Below, piece by piece: positions 36,454 to 50,356 of a stretch of 64,000 nucleotides of DNA. How positions within the stretch are numbered: position 1 is the stretch's first letter; the number at the start of each line of letters is the position of its first letter. Made by a program: the position numbers and the translations under genes. The notes below the pieces were generated by a model that did no database searches, was not told where the DNA came from, and saw nothing but the letters and a program-made list of their open reading frames with translations. The DNA is from Raillietiella orientalis. Lineage: Eukaryota. The stretch covers positions 2,852,001 to 2,916,000 of the forward strand of contig JAYWIR010000006.1 of the NCBI GenBank assembly GCA_036172245.1, read 5' to 3'.

Positions 36454-39400
36454 CAACTAGTACTACAATTACGGAATACAATGGTTGATTACTTCACACG
36501 GTAAAATAAGAAAAAAGAGATTTTCCTCTACACCAAAACACATATAGACACAGCCATTAAAAGGAACTTTGAGTATTAAGCTTCCATTCCATTATCAATG
36601 ATATTTAGAAAACAAAAATACGTATTCAAAATATACTTGAAATACCTGTCAAAATTTTTTGTAACATCCAGTTGCTATTTTCAGGTTATGAAGTTACATC
36701 ACTAACACTACCACATGAAAACTTCATAACAGTCATAGTAACTCCAGAAGTACCAAGTGGAATCAAAATTCGAAAATATGCACATAAAATCAACGTATGC
36801 AAAAATAATATGAAGTAGAGCTTTTAGTCTCAAGCGCATTGCACTTAGATTATGAGATAAAATGATATCAATACCTTATATTTTTTATACTCGTGAACAT
36901 TCATATTTTAAAAAATTTTTTTCTTTATTGCTGCTTCTAAAAAGAAACATTCACTTATAATCGAAGTGTGGTGTTTTCGGTGATTTTGTACTTGAGTCTT
37001 TCATTATTTAGTTTATTCTTGGAATTTCTATTAGAAAATTGTTTCTCAGACAAACTGTTCCACCATATTTATCGTCTTATGTCACTAGAGTTTATTCGAA
37101 TTTTTCATGATTATCTTTTGTCATTTCAAATCATTATCCCTGATATAGACTTCACTTGTGGCTCATCAGCAAAATGCTGTTAAATTAAAATAGATTGCTC
37201 TACATTCCCACAAATTTGTGACAGTCGTTAGATATCGACGAGTGTACACTCAAATCAAATGATAAGATCAATAAAAAAACAATTCTCGTGAAGTTCAAAG
37301 ATTGCAATATTTCTCCCTTTATAATAAAACATACTCTACAGTTCTCAAAAATTAGATTTCTTTTATTTAGTGTCAATGATTCACACCCATGATTGAAAAT
37401 ACCTCGATTGTTGAGAATGATTCATCAAATGTCTGAAAAGTATTTTCATTTTATGTTCACAGCAATCGTGGATGTGAATCTTGTATTGGAGCTGGAGAAA
37501 CTCAGTGCATTTCATAAAAAACTAAAATGGAGTTTAAAGTACACTGATTCATCGATATGTGAATTGGGATTTGAAACATAACTCGTCCGATATTTGAGAA
37601 TCGCGGCCGCTCGACCCGCATAATTAAAATAGTATCCACACATTGGGAACAATTCACAAACAAGTTCTAGTTCTTCATTGTGAACGCTCATGTGCTCTTA
37701 ATTTAGATTTCAAAACCCCTTCAGTCATAATCGTTTAACATCTTTGGAACTAGAACAGATAATTACACAATGGCAAAATTTTCATAAGCGGACTTGCCTT
37801 ACTTTGTTGCCTTGTTAGAACCATTCATATTCCATCACTTGTCGATAAAGACATCAAAGCATCAAAGCAGACATTCAAAAGCCTTTGATGGTCACTACGA
37901 TTTTTATTCAGGTGTAATTCTCCGTTTTACTTTTCTATGGATGTGTAAACTGCTCCTTAATATCCATTTATAAGGTGACATAAATACACTCTTATTTAAT
38001 AGACTTGTCCATAGGTTTGAGTACTTATCTATTGCTAATAAGACTATTCCTTATCAGTAGAATTATTTCTCCATTCGAACTTGGCTTTGGTTACAATTCG
38101 TCCTGAGGTGAAGCATTCAGCCTATTGTACTGATATTGTTGAATTGAGGATAATAGACTCATTTACATGTTATCATGTTAGTACAGGAATGTCGCGAAGT
38201 GATTTGATGAAACTTAGTTTGGATTTTGACTTCCTTTATAAATCCTTTTGGAAATTTGTGCTTAATGTGAATCTGATGTTTTCAAAGTTTTCGTTGATCT
38301 AAAATGAATTTACAGATATCTTGAAGGTGATCAAATCTTCATATGTTTATTTCCCCTTGATCCAGAGTAGTTAATCTCAAAAAGTTCTTGAGAACCATAA
38401 GGCAAGATTCACCAGAGGATCAGATATCTTGATATTGTAACAAGATCAAAATAGCCTATGTGTACTATTTCGAAATTCTCGTTAAACATAAAATGTCTTA
38501 TAACATCAGCATTTTTATGAAATTAGTAAAACAGAGAAGGAGTTTATTTATTCTAGTACAGTAACTGATACAATTATACATTTGCTAACATTCTTTTCCA
38601 TCCCTGATATTATTTTTGACACAAATTAGGATTTCGATCATGTTGTGGTTTTATTTCAATGTGTGCGACGACATTTCTAACTTATTTAACTTCTTGTTTC
38701 CTTAATAATCCTGATCGTATCATAACTGTGGCTATTTCACAATTATGGTTACTGCAGAAAATGAACAAATGGTTCTCTTTGTACTGACAATCAGGCACAG
38801 TTATAATTATGTTGAAAATTTTCGAGTCCAGACCACTATTGTGATCAAGAATGCTCTTTTGGTTTTGAGATGTGGTTCTTTGTTCAACCATAATAAATCG
38901 CTAGTGTCACTCGTGGAAGAATGCTCCATGCTTGTGACGTTCCCGGGAGTATTCTTATCAGCAATTTGAGAATTCGCTAATTCATGAAAGGTTAATGAGA
39001 CTAGCAAGGGTGACTGCATAAATGATCCGGAGCTTATGTCTCAGATTGAACATCGGGTAGTACGAAGACTTTGAAACTGAGCATGGAAGCATTCAAAAAT
39101 TTGTACAAACGGAAATCCTAATATCAGAAACAGCATTTGCAAACACTGGAGTGAACAAAAGCTGAATCAGTAACCTGTAATCTGAATGATTTTCGTGCCT
39201 TTCTAGCGTCCCTTATACCCAAATCGTCACGACCAAGTCGTAGAGAGAGTGCACGAAACCTTCGTGCGTCCTCCCTAAAACACCGCAGCCGACGCTTGCT
39301 TTGAAATTCAAAAAATTTCTGCTTCACTTTGTGAAATTCCTGGATAGCAAACTGCTCCCGCACCGAGTCCCTAACCGTGTTTCTACACTAATGTTCCCAT

Positions 39401-39596
39401 GCAAGCTCTAAATTTCAAACCGTGACTGGCGATCTGCCTGTGTTCAAGGTAGCCAGCCGTGTTGCTCGTCAAGCGATAGCCCATTTGGGAAAGTGGGCTC
39501 GTGTTAGCAACGTGTGAATTTGAATTCAACCACACAATATGTCTCACTCCGAGGGAAAATGCAAGCATGGGAAGAAAAGATGAAAGCAAATATGCG

Positions 39597-42351
39597 ATGA
39601 TAAGTAAAAAGCATAAGAAGCATAAATCGGATCGAAGGCAAAAGCATGATTATTGTGAGTAAATTTGGGAATGTGAACGTTGGCAAAGTTAGTGGTCGGT
39701 GTAATGTGGGAATGTGTATGTACTTGGTGTTGCATAATCAAAAGTCAACAGTTTAGCGGTTTCATGTAGCTTGTAAATTGCACAGAGTATCTGCCGTGAT
39801 GTTAGTATTGGAATTGTCGTATAAAACAGCGTAGAATATGTTTGTGTTTGTAATGAAATTCCCTTCTATATGTAATCAATTCTAAAGATCCCTACGAGTA
39901 CGCACCTGATGAAGCTTATGAAACAAAACCCGAAAAATCAGGAGGCCTCAAGTTAATTTTAAAGGTGGGTGGAGGATCCTCGACACCCGAGTACAGTGAT
40001 TCACCTGGGACCACATATTCTATTCCTGGTTATTGTAATTATGCCGAAGAAAGCTTAAATAAAGTTCAAATGAGCGTGGAAAGATATTTTGACAGGCACA
40101 AAAAAAGTAAGAAAAAAAAGAAGAAGAAAGAGAAAGAAAGAGAAAGGCATGAGAAAAAACACAAACATCAGCATCGTGGAAAGGTACAATTACCATGCTT
40201 ATCTGGTGGATATATTAAAGCTTTCATCTTCTTGTCAATATACTGTATATAAGTGAAGTTTAGTTCACTAAACTTTGCTGCTTGTAACGTAATTTTTGTG
40301 GCTATTTTATTCTTTTTAAAGGAACATTATAAGCAAGAGATAACAGGAACTGCAGACTGTGAATCTATGGAGAAACCACTCAAAAGACTATCCAACATTC
40401 CATTGTCCGAGAGACCTCACCGAGAGCCTAGAACTTGTGTTCTCAAACAAAGGCAAGGTAGAAGACCTCTTCAGGTGAGCATCTGGATTAGAAGACGATG
40501 TTAATAGTAAACAGATGCTTCTGGAGTATTTGCTACATTGCTTTGAGAAAAAGGATCCCCATCAGTTTTTTGCATGGCCTGTGACGGACACTATTGCTCC
40601 TGGCTACTCAGCGCTTATCACATATCCAATGGACTTGAGCACCATGAGACATAAGATTGAGAAAGGAGAATATGATACATTGGATGAGTTCATGGTGGGT
40701 TAGATTCACCCAAGCTGGTGTTCTATCAACTCTGAAGGATGACTTTCGCCTGATGTGTCACAATGCCTTGGCCTACAACCAGCCTGATACAGTGTATCAT
40801 AAAGCAGCAAAGAAACTACTGCATACTGGTTCCAAACTTACTTCTTGGGAGAAGCTGCTTTCTCTGCGTTATAATTTGCCTTATATCAATGAGCTGACAC
40901 CTGAGGAGTTGGGCATTCCCGAAAGACACTTTGTGACAGAAGGAAACAGTGAGGAACCTGATCTTATGAGAAGAGAATGCAAGACGGGAAAAATCGGAGA
41001 TAGGTACTGATGTCATTTTCATGAAGCTGCTAGGTGTCTGTTAGCTGCTTTGAAGCTATTGCAGATGATGTGCCTCCAGAGGAGCTTTTGGCTCAAGCAC
41101 AGCAAGCAGCCTGCAATGCAGCTGTAAAGCTCAGTCTTAAGAAGCCTCATTCTAAGGTAACCCAGTGTTCTAAAAAAGCCTGTGATACTGTTTTCTGTAG
41201 TTTGGATTCTTGAGACAGAAAGAAGATGGTAGCACTACTCTGGCTGTTGTGAATCCTAGTCCTGGTGATGAGGAAAAGCCTGTCAACCTAGGGATGCTTA
41301 CTGGAAAATTGGCGCAGGGCACAGGAAGCATACAAAGATTTCAGGAAGACAGGAGGAATCTTGTTTATCCTGGTTTGTTTTTGAGTTTTGTATATTTTTA
41401 TTGCCAACTTTGTTCCAAAAGTAAAACCTTTGTATTATGGCCCCTTTGGTTCTTTTGCACCTTCCTATGATTCCACATTTGCTAATCTCACTAAGGATGA
41501 GTCAGAGCTAGTCTTGAGCACTTATGGAGATTCTTTAGGAGTCCAGTATACCCAGAGGTAGGCTTGGCATTTTCTAAACATTCCAAAGCTTTTTTAGTCT
41601 TCTGGATTTTGCTAAGAATTCCGAGTTTGCTATGCAAATTGTAGATGATCTGCTGGATACATTGACTGATAAAGAACATCGCAAGACAATTCAGACCTTG
41701 CAGCAGCAAGAAGCTCCTCCCAAGAAACCTGTCACTATTCCAAATGCACCCACATTGCAGATCCGCACTAATTCGGATGCTACTGGCTCAGATGCTGAAT
41801 CTTTGAAATCACTTCAGGAATTGGGCATTGACATTTCTTTTCTTGAGGAATTTGGTAAGGATAACTAAATGGAGCTGATGAAACTTTGTGATGTATTAGA
41901 GAGAGTCACGGGTGATCAGACACTGAACAAAGAGACTCAAGATCAGCTGCAACTACAACTGGCAGATACTGCTGCGCTATTGCAGAAGTTGCAACAACTT
42001 CAGACAGAGAGACTAAGTTGTTGCCCTCCATCCCACCTACAGCATTTAGCAGGTCCAAGCAAATTGGAGCTTCAGCTTGGTAAGAGCTCTTTGAATCTAT
42101 AGCTCTCATGTTCATTAGCTGAGAAAATAAGTCACCTCCTGCATGAACTTTGCAAGCAGTTCCCACCTAAGGCTATAGTATCTACATTGGGTCTCCGAAA
42201 AGCTATGGGTATCTCTGTGCCTCCTGTTCCTGTAGCCAATTCTAAGAGCAATACCAGTAACAATGCTGATTTGGAATCAGAACTGCAGAAAATTCTTGGA
42301 GAAGATGGCATGCGCACTAATTCAGAATTGCAGCAAATTTATAGCCATTAG
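39597..42351 (+). CDS. BRD7: Bromodomain protein BRD7/BRD9 family, about 680 aa; exons 39597-39654, 39888-40183, 40322-40474, 40515-40694, 40738-41003, 41045-41156, 41201-41372, 41422-41557, 41598-41854, 41900-42079, 42119-42351 (alternative in-frame ATG at 39567)
   Basis: MISKKHKKHKSDR, LKLILKVG, bromodomain (KKDPHQFFAWPVTDTIAPGYSALITYPMDLSTM..CHNALAYNQPDTVYHKAAKKLLH) and DUF3512-like YYGPFGSFAPSYDSTFANL. Ten GT-AG introns give a continuous frame. Confidence 0.94.
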
Positions 42352-45289
42352 TAACTGCAGTATTATAGTCAAGACATTGGAAATAAGTAATTTTGTTGGA
42401 AGGGCTTTCTGCATGAATTTATGGAGTATACCAATTCAAGGCAAATGTTGCATCCTCCCTCTTAGATTTAAAACAGTTCTTTTTATAAAGTACTGATATG
42501 TGATGAGAAATAAGTGCTATGATGTAAGACAGTATATTCTGTAGGAAAATGTAATGGATATTCAAGAACAGTTATAATCAAGGAACGTTAGAAATTGCGA
42601 TTAACTTTTATTTTTCTGATCTTTACTGTTATGAAAAAAAAAAAAAAAAAAAGAATTGATGTGGTTTCAGAAGATAAATAAATATATTGAAATGACGAAT
42701 GGCCTTTCGAATTTCCGGAAAGTTTTTGGAAATTTTTGATATTTTCAAAAAAAATACTTTTTCTAACCATTTTCTAATTCTAAAAATTAAGATTTCCAGA
42801 AAAAATTCAGTTTTTCAACCAGTAGTTTTTCTGGTAACATCTCCACGCCCTGATCATTACTGATTGTTCAAATATTTGCTTTTGTGGATGGGTTGAGCCA
42901 TAAAACTTGCAAGTATGCAATATTGGTTCGATTCTTTACTGTGTTGTTAGCCACATCGGACGCTCGTAAATTCTAATGGACTATTAGAACTTACGAATGT
43001 CTAGTTGCCATTCTTTCGAGTGGCAATCTTTCCCACCTGTGACTTCAACATTTACGGTCTCTCACACGAGTTTGTGCTCTCATATCGCAGACCACTTTTC
43101 CAAGTGCCCACCAACAGTTTTGTATTTAACCTATGACTGGTGTCGTGCAACAGATCGGCGAAGCAATGCAGTCACGAGCCACGTGTACTCTTAAGCACTT
43201 CTCTTGCACCTTATTCCACTCATCAGTTGATCCATAGCCTTGCTGAGGTCATATTCGACTAGACATCTATTGCTGTGGGGGTTTGTTGGATCACGCGTCC
43301 TCATATTTAGCCTCTTAAAAAGGAAAGGGAATTATGCTCTTTGTTAATGTAGTTGCTATGTCGAGATTACTGGTAAGGGTTGGCTGAAACATCGTAGTGA
43401 CGTCATTTTGAGTGCCTTCCCTATAAGTTGGAGTTTCCAACCATTAACTTTTGCTCACGATATTGCCTTGCAGACTCTTATGCACGATGAGATCGTTCTT
43501 CTTGTGTGGGGCACTTGTAGTCGTGCTGGCGCCTTCCCAGCCCTGGCAATTTCGAGATTCATTATGTTTCCAGAGTTGCATGCTGCATTTTTGTTTCCAG
43601 AGCTTTTCCATCTGAAAGATTAGCTTCCTCGGCATGAATTGTTTGTTTGTGTAAGCTCCTGATAGGAATTATCGATTGGATGAAATTAATGGCCTTCCCC
43701 ATGTTGACTTTAGTCGTGCACATACAGCAGTATCTTTGCTGCGATTCACTTTAAATGCATGGCTGGGGAAGCAGCTATCTTCTGGAATCCCTAAAGATCT
43801 CTTACCTCCTCTTGCTACAACATCTGCAGCAACCTCTACTTTCGGCGTCTCACACTCAGGTGCAGTGCATCCGTACATGCACCTCAAGCAGATGCATTCA
43901 GACAAAACATGACCGCAAGCGCTTCTGGCGCTCTAGCCAGTAACATCCTGCTTGGAATCAGAGACACTAATTTTATGCGTTTAACCTTGGTACCTTTGCC
44001 GTTGCTATATTGCAAAAGTTATTTCGATCTGGTGAAAATTAGAGCATCGTTTGAGTAGGATTTTGTAGAATCTCCCTTCTGTTTCCCAATCATTGCTTTT
44101 TCTCAAGAAAAAAACTCAAAACTACCTCACGCAATCCCTGTTCTCTTCAAATCGGTCGGAGGAAATTGCGGCTGAATACGTGGCATAAGACACACGATAA
44201 CGTCATCAAATGAAAAAAAAGCAAAAAAAATTTTGTGTGTAGCCCACTTCCTCCTGCCCTCTCTGGCAGTGGTCTCACTGCACATTTTGAGGAGGAAGAC
44301 TGGCAAGGCTCGTGCAAGACGGTTGAATTGTCAGTTGACCTATCTCTTCCGGTACTTTTTCGAGAAATTTGGGCTCGGCTATTCAGGTAATTCTAGTTCC
44401 GGGTTCTCTGACAGACAGCAGACTGAAAAGGACTGGCACTTAAGCATGGATTCGAGTAACCGGTAGCGAGGTGGCAAAGGGGGCAACCAGAACTACTTTA
44501 GAGAATATCAGAAAATCCTAAAATCCTAGAAAACTTCCAATTTGTGCAAGTCTTTCCTCGTTTCAGCAATGAGCTTCATTCTTCAAGGACAAAGAACCGG
44601 TGAGATTGCTCTTCTTCTGGGCACCACAGCAACCAGAAGAATCAAAGCGAGGCGATGATTTTCGCTATTGTAGTGGAAAAGTAGACTGTTCTCTTTATGC
44701 ACGATTTTCAGCATCCTTTGCTGTATGTGAGCCTGTGCCGGAAAAGCTGTGCCTTTCAGCTCCTCGCCGCTCCATCCTCAAAACGATCTGAGCGAGATGA
44801 ATAACACAAAGACAGATGCCACAAACAGTCGTTGTTTCAAAACAGCACATATTCACTTTTTGACAGAATCAGTAAGATAGATCCACTTGGAACGCTGTCT
44901 CAACTTCCATGCATTCTGTGGTACCATCTCACATGAACCGCTTCATCCCGTCAATGGGACCAGAGGGCCGTGATATTTCGTCATTGTTTCATCATTACCA
45001 ATCAAAAGAAGAAGGAGAAAAACGACGCTCAGGAAGATCGCCTCCAGGTTTGATGAACAGAACATGCAAGTGCACGTCCGACCTGCAGAAAACGTGCTCT
45101 AAAATACTGAGATCGAGAAGACCAGTTTCGCCAGATGTCCATGCAAGCATAATAAGCCCGTAGACGTGGTTCTGGTGGCAGAAGTGCATCCCATCATATT
45201 GGTGCGTACCTCCTGTACCGTTGCACCACGGACTGCTGTTCACTTCATATGAACAGTTGGGATAAGGAGGCGCTCTCTCGGCGGCTTAC

Positions 45290-45830
45290 GAAACTCTTTA
45301 ACACTGTTCCAGGCCACCAGGAGGTGGATGCTAACTCTTCAAGTTAGGAGGTACCCCGGGAAGGGGCAACCCTGTGAATCCGATGAGGGCTCCAAATGAT
45401 GGAACCCGTTCCTTTTACTCTTGGGAGGAAACCACGGAGGGCTATTCTTTCTTATTCTCTCTGGAGGGATCTTCCGGAGGGGTTCACTCCATTATTTTTT
45501 CTCCGAAGGGAACCCGGAAAGGATGCGCTCTTGGAATTTCCTCTCCTGAGGGAACCAGTGAGGGAATAGCTCTCTGTCACTCTCTTTACAGAAAAGTAAC
45601 AAAAAGCAGACGTTAAAGGGAGGAGCGCACTTCACACTCTGAAGAGGTATAAGTCCACTAGCTCCATGGTACGGCTGCATTTGCACAACCGGAAGAGAAC
45701 CTTGAAGGGTTCCTTGATTCCTGGCAGGACCCCGGAATATTTTCTTTTAAATCCCAGCCATTCAACAGGAGCATCTGGTTTCCGGCTTCCACCAGTTCCG
45801 CACTTAAAGTGCCTGGGCGTTCCGTTGTGG
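45290..45830 (-). mobile_element. Copy of the dispersed repeat module
   Basis: Reverse complement has tgcggaactggtggaagccggaaacc, ccaggaatcaaggaa, ttccggttgtgcaaat and cttgaagagttagcatccacctcctggtggc. Confidence 0.6.
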
Positions 45831-46430
45831 GACTTCTGCTCCACAAAAGCTCCAGCCGTCTTCAGAAAGCACTGCAGCGCTCGGCCCGTTCCAAAGAAAC
45901 GAGTTTCATCTGCCGGAACGGACCGTGGTGTGAAACACGTTCATGATCCCTCCCCTCCGCCCCCTGCTTTTTGTTTGCCCCCACTATGCAGAACTAGAAA
46001 GCGGACGAACGACCTTCTCTGGATCGCCCTCTGGGGCAAAGGGAGGTCCCGAGTCCTCCTAAAGGACTTGTGTGCTTCGCGCCGGGATGGCGGCCTAGTT
46101 CTCCTGACGCTGGAGCGAATGAAGCTGCAGCTCCAGTTTCAAACACTGGCTCTCATGGAAAAATTCTGGAGCACCATCTGGTGCCAACCTGCATGTCTTC
46201 TCGTCCAGCAAGCCACCGATAGCGTGGGACTCTAGTCTTTCCTTGCACGCCTTCCACGCAGCCTCATCCAGTGCGGACTGCGCCTTCGGCAGGTGGTCAC
46301 GCTGGTCAGGAAAAACGGATGGATCTCGTGCCACCCCTCGCGAACGGTAGTTCCTGGTCGCAGGAAACCGTTCGCACGTGAGCGAGGATCCAGGAGCCAA
46401 GAACGGAACAGGTGTGACGTTTCCTGTACG
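45830..46430 (+). mobile_element. Tx1/L1-like ORF2 fragment just downstream of the RT core
   Basis: LLWIALWGKGRSRVLLKDLCASRRDGGLVL matches the L1/Tx1 FLW.GK...V....L......GGLGL motif. Homologous to 27130-27400 and 21570-21790. Confidence 0.7.
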
Positions 46431-49107
46431 CGCACAACAACAACTGCACGCTCCCGGAGATCCTGGAAGATCCCATGAAGATTGCGTGGGCAAGCAGAAC
46501 CTCCCTCGTCGCCGCGCTGCCCTTCCTTAGAGAACACTTGGGCAGCAGCCTTGCGGTTATCGGACTGTGTTACTGTGAAAATCTTTGGAAGGAGAAGAGG
46601 ACTGGACGAGTGGACGAAAGCTTAGCATCAGTTGGCTTCATTTATAAAAGTTTTTCATGTTGAAACATACATATGCAAGATGATATCCATTTGCATCTAT
46701 CATTTCATCTATTTGCATTTGCATGTATGTCGTGACTGCGAAACCAAAACTGTGGATATGATTCATATCAAAGTATTACTTTATATGCTATTGTTTGCCT
46801 TTGTGTATTCGCACATACCATGGTCTTAGTTTCAAAAACTTTTTTATTTTACTTTTGAGTTCCCTTATGCTGTAGCTCTCATAATTTGTTTACTCGTATT
46901 TTTAAGAACTACTATTCATTTTTAGAAGTTATTGGAGGTAGTGTGAAAGTACCATGTACCAAGAAAGAGGAAATTCTATAATATGCGGTTGGAATTTCTC
47001 ACGACACAAGCAGATGCATAAAAAGAGCTTCAAATTTAAACCAATGAAATTGTGAATTAGTTGCATACGCTTCATGTTATTTAGAGGCTTACTGTTCCTT
47101 TAAGGCATCTCGAAAGCATCGTTTCCTGAAGCAAATTTATGATCTTGAGAAATCGCCATATTACACTTTGAAATGGATATTTCATGTACTTTAGCCGGCT
47201 TTCTATCTTTGGAATAAGATCCCTTCTTATGAATCATGAATCGGAGTGAAATTTTCCATTCCAACTGAAAAAGAAAATCAAAGATGAATCAGAGATGCAC
47301 AATCAGAAGAATTCATATAGACTTGAGCGTGTTTCTGCAAACTAAGTCTTTTTTTCTTGCTTTCTCTGTAATTTTCCATGGAGCCAAGAACTTTTTTCTT
47401 ACTTTCTAGAGAGCGCCATCGGAGAGGCTGCTGTCTTCTTTTCGAACTGATCACCTTCCTAGATCCTATATAATTAGATAAGTGCCTAATGATGCCAAAA
47501 AGCTAGGTATGAAAAAGGATCTGTTATGCAAGAGAACGTTCAGGAACCCTAGAAGACATGCTAATGAAATATCATGGGAGATCAGACGGATCAACACACT
47601 GAAATGAAATCTTATCCCAAATACGCAGAACAGAGACCACCGAGGAACAGATGAAAGTTTGCAAATGAGAAGACGAACAGAATTGAATCTCTAGGAGAAG
47701 CATCGGATGCGACTCGTCAGAAAGCCGGCAGTCCACATGGTAGTCTATGCCATAAGAGTTGGAGTGTTGCAATGGTATGCAAGGTACTGGTAAAAGGAGC
47801 TAAAAACTCAGAACATTTACTAACAGAAGATTCCATTTGACATACTGTCTCAGATGCTATCACCGCTATTACGACAACTATCAACAGCAGTTAGGTGATA
47901 ATATGGAAACTGTAAAGGAGACGCATCACAGTGCAGCTCAGTACTAGTGTTCTCATCAATAGTAAGCATTCTCATCATCTCCATGACGAAATGTAATCTC
48001 TATCTGGAAACGGTCCATACTGCTTCTGGTTACAAGGTCAAATTTGCTTATTTGCTATACCTAAATGAATAAAAAGGGGTGAGAGTTCATTGTTTGTTTC
48101 TATTAAAGATCATTCAGAAGAAGAATATACGGCTAAAGTGGAGCAACAATCTAACATGATACTTTTCCAAACCAGTCCTACAAGTAAATGGATTAAATAC
48201 TTTTCCAATGTGACAATTATAGCTTACTGTATATTCCTAGAAGACCCATACGTCCGAGAAACGAGGTAGTACAGTGCATCTGCATCAGGAACAGAGGTTA
48301 TCCCAATCTTGTTCAAAAAACTAGAGAATCATCAAAAACATATGCTTTTGTTTGCAGTCCACAGGTGACTTCGACAGAATGATATCCGTACTTAAAGCGA
48401 ATGGAGACTCCATAGTGTGCGTGTTGCTTTTTTTATACTGGGAGAGTGGTTGAAACCAGGAAATGCTTCACATGGCAGAGAGAGAAAAAAAAGAAAAACT
48501 CCTAGGACACAAAACGAAGTAACTATGTCGTCTCCAGTCCTACAAGCAGAGGGTGAATTTATTTAAGAGACCTGTATAGAAAAACAATGTTTGCACGAAG
48601 GGCAACAGTTTTTTTTTTTTTTTTTATGTCCTAGTTCTTGAATGCACTCAACGTCACTTTTTGGTAGGATCCGTATTTTATGTCACTGGGGTCTGGTCAC
48701 TGGAGGATCTTCGGAGCTGCTATCGCCTGGTCATTATCCTTATCAAAACCACGTCGCGTTTCCATGCTTACGGGTTTGCAGTGCGATCTGGTCTTGGTCT
48801 TATTTCCATTTGAGGACAGGTATTCAAATGGTGCCATTTACGTACAGGCTGATTCTGGTAGCACTGCTTCGTTTCGATTGCATGCTTGAACACGAAAGTG
48901 CAACTGATTGTTATTTGGCAAGAAAGAAAAATCAGTTGCCGTTACCTTCGTTTGCCGTTCCCGTTTCAGCTACCCCGACGACCGCTGCAACCCCCCGGAT
49001 GTGGCGTCTGTCTTTGTTCTGAGTGCACGCAGCCAGACGCTTGCTGGTGATCCCAGCAGCCAACCCGTTCGGCGACTCCGTGCCTGCAGCCAGGCAAACT
49101 GTTGGTG

Positions 49108-50310
49108 ATGTCCGGTCAGCCCAACATTAAACAAGGTAATTATGTGCCAGAAATGGAAGGCTTGAATTTCGCGAGATTCTCGTCAATTACTTGTGATCGC
49201 TGAGGCTCTCGATGCAGTTTTCCCAAGGGATTGGTATGTTTACACCAGTACTGGTGCAGTGTGAAGTGCGTTGCACGGGAAGAAGTCGTGACCTGTGTTT
49301 CCTGACGTTACCTAAATGCAACCCGTGATGGCAGTTTGCTGAAGTCGTGTGTGTTGGACGACGCGTGTATGTCGAGTCGTGCTGCCCGGGAATCACCAGA
49401 GTTGAATGCGACACGCGTGTTGCAAGGGTGGCAGTGTGTGCTATGTGTTCGTGCATCGTTCCTCGGTAATCTTGCAAGGAACTTTTCCGTCTTGTTGCAG
49501 ATGATTGCTCCTGTAGTTTGTTTTTTGCCATTCCGGAACAGAACCAGATTGCGATGGTGCATAAACTGAAGTGGGAGTTATCCTGAATTTGATCTATATT
49601 TGTAGAACCCCGTTTTCCTGCGAGGCATTGAGTGAATGGCAAGTTTTCGAAATACAGCCAACAGCATTCATTTGATCATTTGCTCTCTCTATACTCGAGC
49701 AATCTGATGGTCATAATCGTTATGCAGCATTTCATTATATTTCATGATGACAGTACTGTTGAATTCACTATGGCAATTTCTGCCTGATTATTATATGGCA
49801 CGGTATTTGTTGGTGGCATAATTTCATTGAGAAAAGATTTGATAGAAAGGCTTTATTAGGAAATCAGGGCGAAATGGATTTCTATAACTGTTAATGAAAA
49901 TTAAGCATCCTGGATAGCACCCAAAGTACTTTCAAAATTTTTCATTCCAAATATAGAACTCCAAAATAGGAAAATTCTGGAAGAGTTGCAGCTTCAAAAG
50001 AAGCAGCTTTTATCAAAGTCTGGGTCTGTTAGCTCTGTTAAGCTTACACCTTCTTTGCCAGCAAATGTGCCATTCAATGTAAGTGTTCTTCAGTTGATTT
50101 TCAGCATTATATAAATATTGTGTACATGATCTTCATTTGTAGCCTATTAGCATGCCCTATGATGGTCAGCATATGCTCATTTCATCTCAACAAAGATCAG
50201 CACTTCAGCATGCCCAGATGACTTCGCCAGGTTACTTTATTCCTCAGGATTCTGCATTTGGAAATTTAATTTTACCAGTAATTCCTCGACTTGAGAAATC
50301 TGAAATGTAA
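49108..50310 (+). CDS. INIP: SOSS complex subunit C (INTS3/NABP-interacting protein), 105 aa; exons 49108-49135, 49957-50078, 50143-50310; missed by the ORF track
   Basis: MSGQPNIKQ|ELQNRKILEELQLQKKQLL...|...QQRSALQHAQMTSPGYFIPQDSAFGNLILPVIPRLEKSEM*. The C-terminal GYFI.QDSAFGNLILPV.PR is the SOSS-C signature. Introns are 821 and 64 nt; exon 1 is the least certain. Confidence 0.9.
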
Positions 50311-50356
50311 GTTTTGGGTAGGTTTGGGGTAATAATGGTATCATGTGTGCCAGGCA

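Noticed and set aside
37700..39060. Short ORFs between the divergent EXOSC10 and BRD7 starts
   Set aside because: No consistent splice model or family motif. Treated as intergenic or unidentifiable decay.
42700..42851. ggaaattt-rich tract ending in ...acgccctg, like one end of a MITE/hAT element
   Set aside because: No matching second TIR or TSD found.
47520..48480. Coding-like purine-rich stretch, possibly a decayed transposase or gene
   Set aside because: Stops occur in all frames and I recognise no motif.
49744..49787. ATGATGA...CTGA pair in INIP intron 1, resembling a box C/D snoRNA
   Set aside because: Only 44 nt, with no terminal stem or recognisable rRNA antisense element.
49700..50090. 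Apparent beta-1,4-galactosyltransferase-like pieces (HFIIFHDD, YGTVFVGGIISL)
   Set aside because: The downstream part is better explained as INIP exon 2. The remaining intronic matches are short, out of frame and probably chance.
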